Of a stretch of DNA of 64,000 nucleotides, positions 59,801 through 64,000 are shown piece by piece (the first letter of the stretch is position 1; each line of letters begins with the position of its first letter). The stretch comes from the human T2T-CHM13v2.0 reference genome, Homo sapiens, in the NCBI RefSeq assembly GCF_009914755.1, contig NC_060940.1; one strand, written 5' to 3'. The notes below the pieces were generated by a model that did not search any database, was not told where the DNA came from, and saw only the letters and a program-made list of their open reading frames with translations. The position numbers were made by a program, and so were the translations under genes.

Positions 59801-62619
59801 ATTCCATTTGATTTCATTCGATGGATGATTCCATTCGATTCCATTCGATGATTCCATTCTATTCCATTCGATGATGATTCCATTCGAGTCCATTCGATGA
59901 TTCCATTCGAGTCCATTTAATGATTCCATTGGGTTCAATTCAATGATGATTACATTGGATTCCGTTCTATGATTCCATTCAATTCCGTTCATTGACAATT
60001 TGATTCCATTCGATGATGATTCCATTTGAGTTCATTCGATGATTCTATTTGATTCTCTTCGATGGTGATTCAATTCTATTATATTGGATGATTCCATTCG
60101 ATTCCATTTGATGTTGATTCAATTCGATTCTATTCGATGATGATTCCATTGGATTTCACTTGATGATTCTATTCGATTCCATTCAATGATGATTCACTTC
60201 TCGTCCATTGGATGATTCCATTTCATTCCATTCGATGATGATTCCATTCGATTCCATTCGATGATTCCATTTGATTCCATGCGTCGGTGAGCAATTCGAT
60301 TCAATTCCATGATGATTCTATTTGATTCAATTAGATGATGTTTCCATTCGAATCCATTCCATGATTATTCCATTGGAATCCATTCGGCGATGATTCCATA
60401 TGAGTCAATTCAATGATGATTCCATATGGGTCCGTTCGATGATAATTCCATTTGATTTCATTCGGTGCTTCTATTCAATTCCAGTCGATGATGATTCCGT
60501 TGGAGTCCATACGATGATTCCATTTGATTTCATTTGATGATGATTCCATTCGATGATGATTACATTGGATTCCATTCTATGATTCCATTCAATTCCATTC
60601 GTTGATGATTCGATTCCATTCAATGATGATTCCATTTGAGTTCATTCGATGATTCTATTCGATTCCGTTCGATGGTGATTCAATTCTCTTATATTGGATG
60701 AATCCACTCGATTCCATTTGATGATTATTCCATTGGAGTCCACTTAGTGAATCCTTCAGATTCTACTCGAAGATGATTCCATTCAAGTCCATTCGATGAT
60801 ACCATTCAATTCCATTCGTTGATGCTTCCATTCAAGTGCATTCGATGATATCATTCGATTCCATTTGATGATAATTCCATTTGATTCCATGCGATGATTC
60901 TATTCGATTCCATTCAATGATAATTCCATTCAGTTCAGTGATTCCTCTGGACTCCATTTGATGATGATTCCATTCAATGATTCCATTCGATTCTATTCGA
61001 AAGTGATTCCATTTGAATCCATTTGATGATGATTCCATTAGATTCCATTTGATGATTCCATTCGATTCCATGCGACGATGGTTCCATTCGATTCCATGTG
61101 ATGATTCCATTCTATTCTATTCGATGATGATTCCATTCGATTCCATTCGATGATGATTGGATTCGATTCCATTTGATGATATCATTTGATTCCATTCGTT
61201 AATGATTTCGATCAATTCCATTCGATGATTCCATTCGATTCCATTCGATGATGATTGGGTTTGATTCCATTTGATGATTTCATTTGATTCCATTCGTTAA
61301 TGATTTCGATCAGTTCCATTCGATGATTCCATTCGATACCATTCGATAATGATTACATCCGTGTCCATTCAATGATTCCATTTGAGACTGTTCGATAATT
61401 CCATTTGAGTCCAACCAATGATTCCATTCATTTCCATTCAATGATTCCATTCGAGTCCATTTGATCATTCCGGTAGGGTCCATTCGATGTTCATTCCATT
61501 GGAGTGCATTCGATGATTCCATTCGAGTCCATTTTAGGATTTGATTCGAGTCCTTTCGATGATTCCATTCGATTCCACTCGATGATGATTTCATTCGAGT
61601 CCATTCGACACTTCCAATCGATTCCATTTGATGTTTCCATTCGAGTCCAATTGATGATTCCATTCAATTCCATTCGATGATGATTCCGTACGATTCCATT
61701 CTGTGATGATTCCATGTGATTGCATTCAATGATGATTCCTTTAAATTGCATTCGATTGTGATTCATTTCGTCTTCATTCTATGGTTCCACAGGTTTCCAT
61801 TCGTGTCCATTCCATTATTCCATTCTATTCCATTTGATGATGATTCCATTCGATTCCATTCACTGGTGATTCCACTCAATTCCATTCAATGATTCCATTC
61901 CATTTCTTTCAACAATGATTCCATTAGTTTCTATTCGATGATCCACTTGATTCCACTTGACGACGATTCCATTCGTGTCCATTCAATGATTCCATTTGAT
62001 TCCATATGATGATGATTCCATTCGATTCCATACGATGATGATTCCATTCGAGTCCATTCAATGGTGATTCCATTCAATTCCATTCGATGATTCCTTTCGA
62101 TTCCATTCGATGATGATGGCATTCGATTCCATTCAATCATTCCCTTTGATTGCATTCAAAGGTGATTTCACTCAAGTCCATTCGATAATTGCATTCGATT
62201 CCATTTTATGATGATTCCATTCGAGTCCATTTGATGATTCCATTCAATTCAAGTCAATGATGATTCCATTCGATTCCATTCGATGATTCCATTGGATTCC
62301 ATTCGATGATGATTCCATTCAAATCCATTCGATAATTCAATTCAAGTCCATTCGATGATGATTAAAATCGAATCCATTCAAAGATTCCATTCAGTTCCAT
62401 TCGATGATTCCCTTAGATTCCATTCGATGATTCCACTTGATTTCATTTACGATGATTCCATTCGATTCCATGTGATGATTCCATTCAATTCTATTCAATG
62501 CTGTTTCCATTTCTTTCCATTCGACCATGATTGCCTTTGATTCCATTCAATGACTCCATTCGGTTCCTTTTGATGATGATTCCGTTCGATTCCATTTCAT
62601 TATTCCATTTGATTCCATT
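56866..62619 (+). repeat. 6.1-kb monomer, divergent copy (~5.75 kb), paralogue of 16252-22226
   Basis: Shares the 72, 23 and 10-bp deletions and the 98-bp duplication. Has a 392-bp deletion near 58090 instead of 170 bp. Confidence 0.87.
61157..61352 (+). repeat. 98-bp local tandem duplication, paralogue of 20764-20959
   Basis: TTGG block at 61157 and 61255. ORF spacing 60832->61310 is 478 versus 380. Confidence 0.85.
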
Positions 62620-64000
62620 GGATGAGTCCATTCGATTACATTCGATGATTATTCCATTCGAGTGCATTAGATGATTCCATTCGAGTCCATTCGATGATTC
62701 CATTCGATTCCATTCGATGTTGATTCTGTTCAAATCCATTCGATGATTCCACTCGATTCCATTCGATGACTCCAGTTGATCCCATTCGATGATTTCCTTT
62801 GATTCCCTTTGATGATCATTCCATTTGATTCAATTCGGTGATTTCATTTGATTCCATTCAGTGATGTTTCCATTCGACTCCATTCGATGATGATTCCATT
62901 CGACTCCATTCGATTATGATTTCATTCAATTCCATTCGATAATGATTCCCTTCGAGTCCATTCGATGATTCCATTCGATTCCATTCAACGATGATTTGAT
63001 TCGTGTCCATTCGATGATTCCATTTGATTCCACTTGATGATGATTCCATTCGAGTCCATTTGATGATTCCATTCAATTCCATTCTCCGATGATTTCTTTT
63101 GAGCCCATTCAATGCTTCCACTCGATTCCATATGATGATGACTCCATTCGATGAAATTCGATGATGATTCCATTCGCTTGCATTCGATGATGATTCCACT
63201 TGAGTCCATTAGAAGATTCTATTCAATGTTATTCGATGATTCCATTCGATCTCATTCGATGATGATTCCATTCAACTCCATTCGATGTTTCCATTCGAGT
63301 TCATTCTATTATTCCATTAGATTCCATTCGATGATGATTCCATTCGATTCCATTTGATGATTGCATTCTATTTCATTTGATGATGATTCCATTCGAGTCC
63401 ACTCGATGATTCCATTCGAGTCCATTTAATGAATCCATTGGTTTCAATTCTATGATGATTACATTGGATTCCATTCGTTGATGATTTCATTCGGTTCCAT
63501 TCAATGATGATTCAATTCAATTCCTTTCAATGTTTCCATTCAATTCCATACGATGATTATTCCATTTGATTTGATTCGACAGTGAGCCATTCGATTCAAT
63601 TCCATGATGATTCTATTTGATTCCATTGGTTGACATTTCCATTCGATTCCATTCGATGATGATTCCCTTTGATTCCATTCAAAGATGATTCCATTCTAGC
63701 CCATTCAATCATTCCATTCGATTCTATTCAATGATGATTCCATTCATGTCGATTTGGTGATTCCATTTGACTTCATTTGATGATGATTCCTTTCAAGTTC
63801 ATTAGATGATTCCATTCGATTCCATTTGATGATGATCCCATTCGAGTCCATTCAGTGATTCCACTCGTTTCCATTCCATGATGATTCCATTCCATTCCAT
63901 GCAATGATTCCATTCGATTCCGTTTGATGATGATTTCATTCGAGTCCATTTGATGATTCCATTTGATTCCATTCGATGATGATTCCATTCGAGTCCATTC
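62620..64000 (+). repeat. Partial 6.1-kb monomer running off the window (75-bp deletion near 63227)
   Basis: Landmark at 62620. ORF spacing 62858->63773 is 915 versus the canonical 990. Confidence 0.9.

Larger units (their letters stand above)
1..64000 (+). repeat. Human satellite 2 (HSat2/HSATII) pericentromeric tandem array, CATTC-rich strand on +; probably subfamily HSat2B (chr16q11.2-type)
   Basis: Continuous degenerate ATTCCATTCG-ATTCCATTCG-ATG(ATG) 23/26-bp units with CATTCGATTC, GAGTCCATTC and GATGATGATTCC throughout. Dense TaqI (TCGA) and HinfI (GANTC) sites, and few pure (CATTC)n runs, favour HSat2 over HSat3. Subfamily and chromosome are inferred from the ~6.1-kb period and are less certain than the HSat2 call. 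Confidence 0.97.

Noticed and set aside
229-63988. Many 60-164 aa minus-strand ORFs (MESSSNGIEWNHH-type)
   Set aside because: These are translations of the GGAAT/ATC-rich satellite strand. They are low complexity, overlap in several frames, are broken by neutral indels and recur only because the DNA repeats. There is no evidence of coding constraint.
1-64000. CRISPR-like array of 23-26 bp repeats
   Set aside because: No unique spacers, leader or cas genes. The repeats are contiguous degenerate satellite units.
1-64000. HSat3, alpha satellite/CENP-B boxes, or strand inversions
   Set aside because: No long (CATTC)n runs, no 171-bp period and no switch to a GGAAT-rich + strand were seen anywhere.
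46000-64000. The 40-kb duplication as a simple assembly artefact
   Set aside because: The copies differ by multiple SNVs and distinct indels (23, 13, 222, 1 and 75 bp), which argues against an exact false duplication. A haplotype-merge artefact cannot be excluded without reads.

Overview
The whole 64 kb window is one uninterrupted, single-orientation array of classical human satellite 2 (HSat2/HSATII; CATTC-derived ATTCCATTCG/GATG 23- and 26-bp subunits). I see no genes, RNA genes, CRISPR arrays or mobile elements; every ORF is a translation artefact of the repeat. The array has nested structure: 5/10-bp core, 23/26/49-bp subunits, old internal sub-repeats, a ~6.11-kb monomer (6112 bp in its cleanest copies), and a ~40.4-40.6-kb super-duplication. 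That super-duplication is marked by a shortened ~4.05-kb variant monomer carrying ~1.8 kb of a different HSat2 sequence. A ~6.1-kb unit fits the HSat2B array at human chr16q11.2 (inference from recalled literature, not aligned). I found no evidence for a new protein- or RNA-coding system. The points of interest are structural and evolutionary. All comparisons were made by eye and from ORF-track offsets, so breakpoints are approximate.
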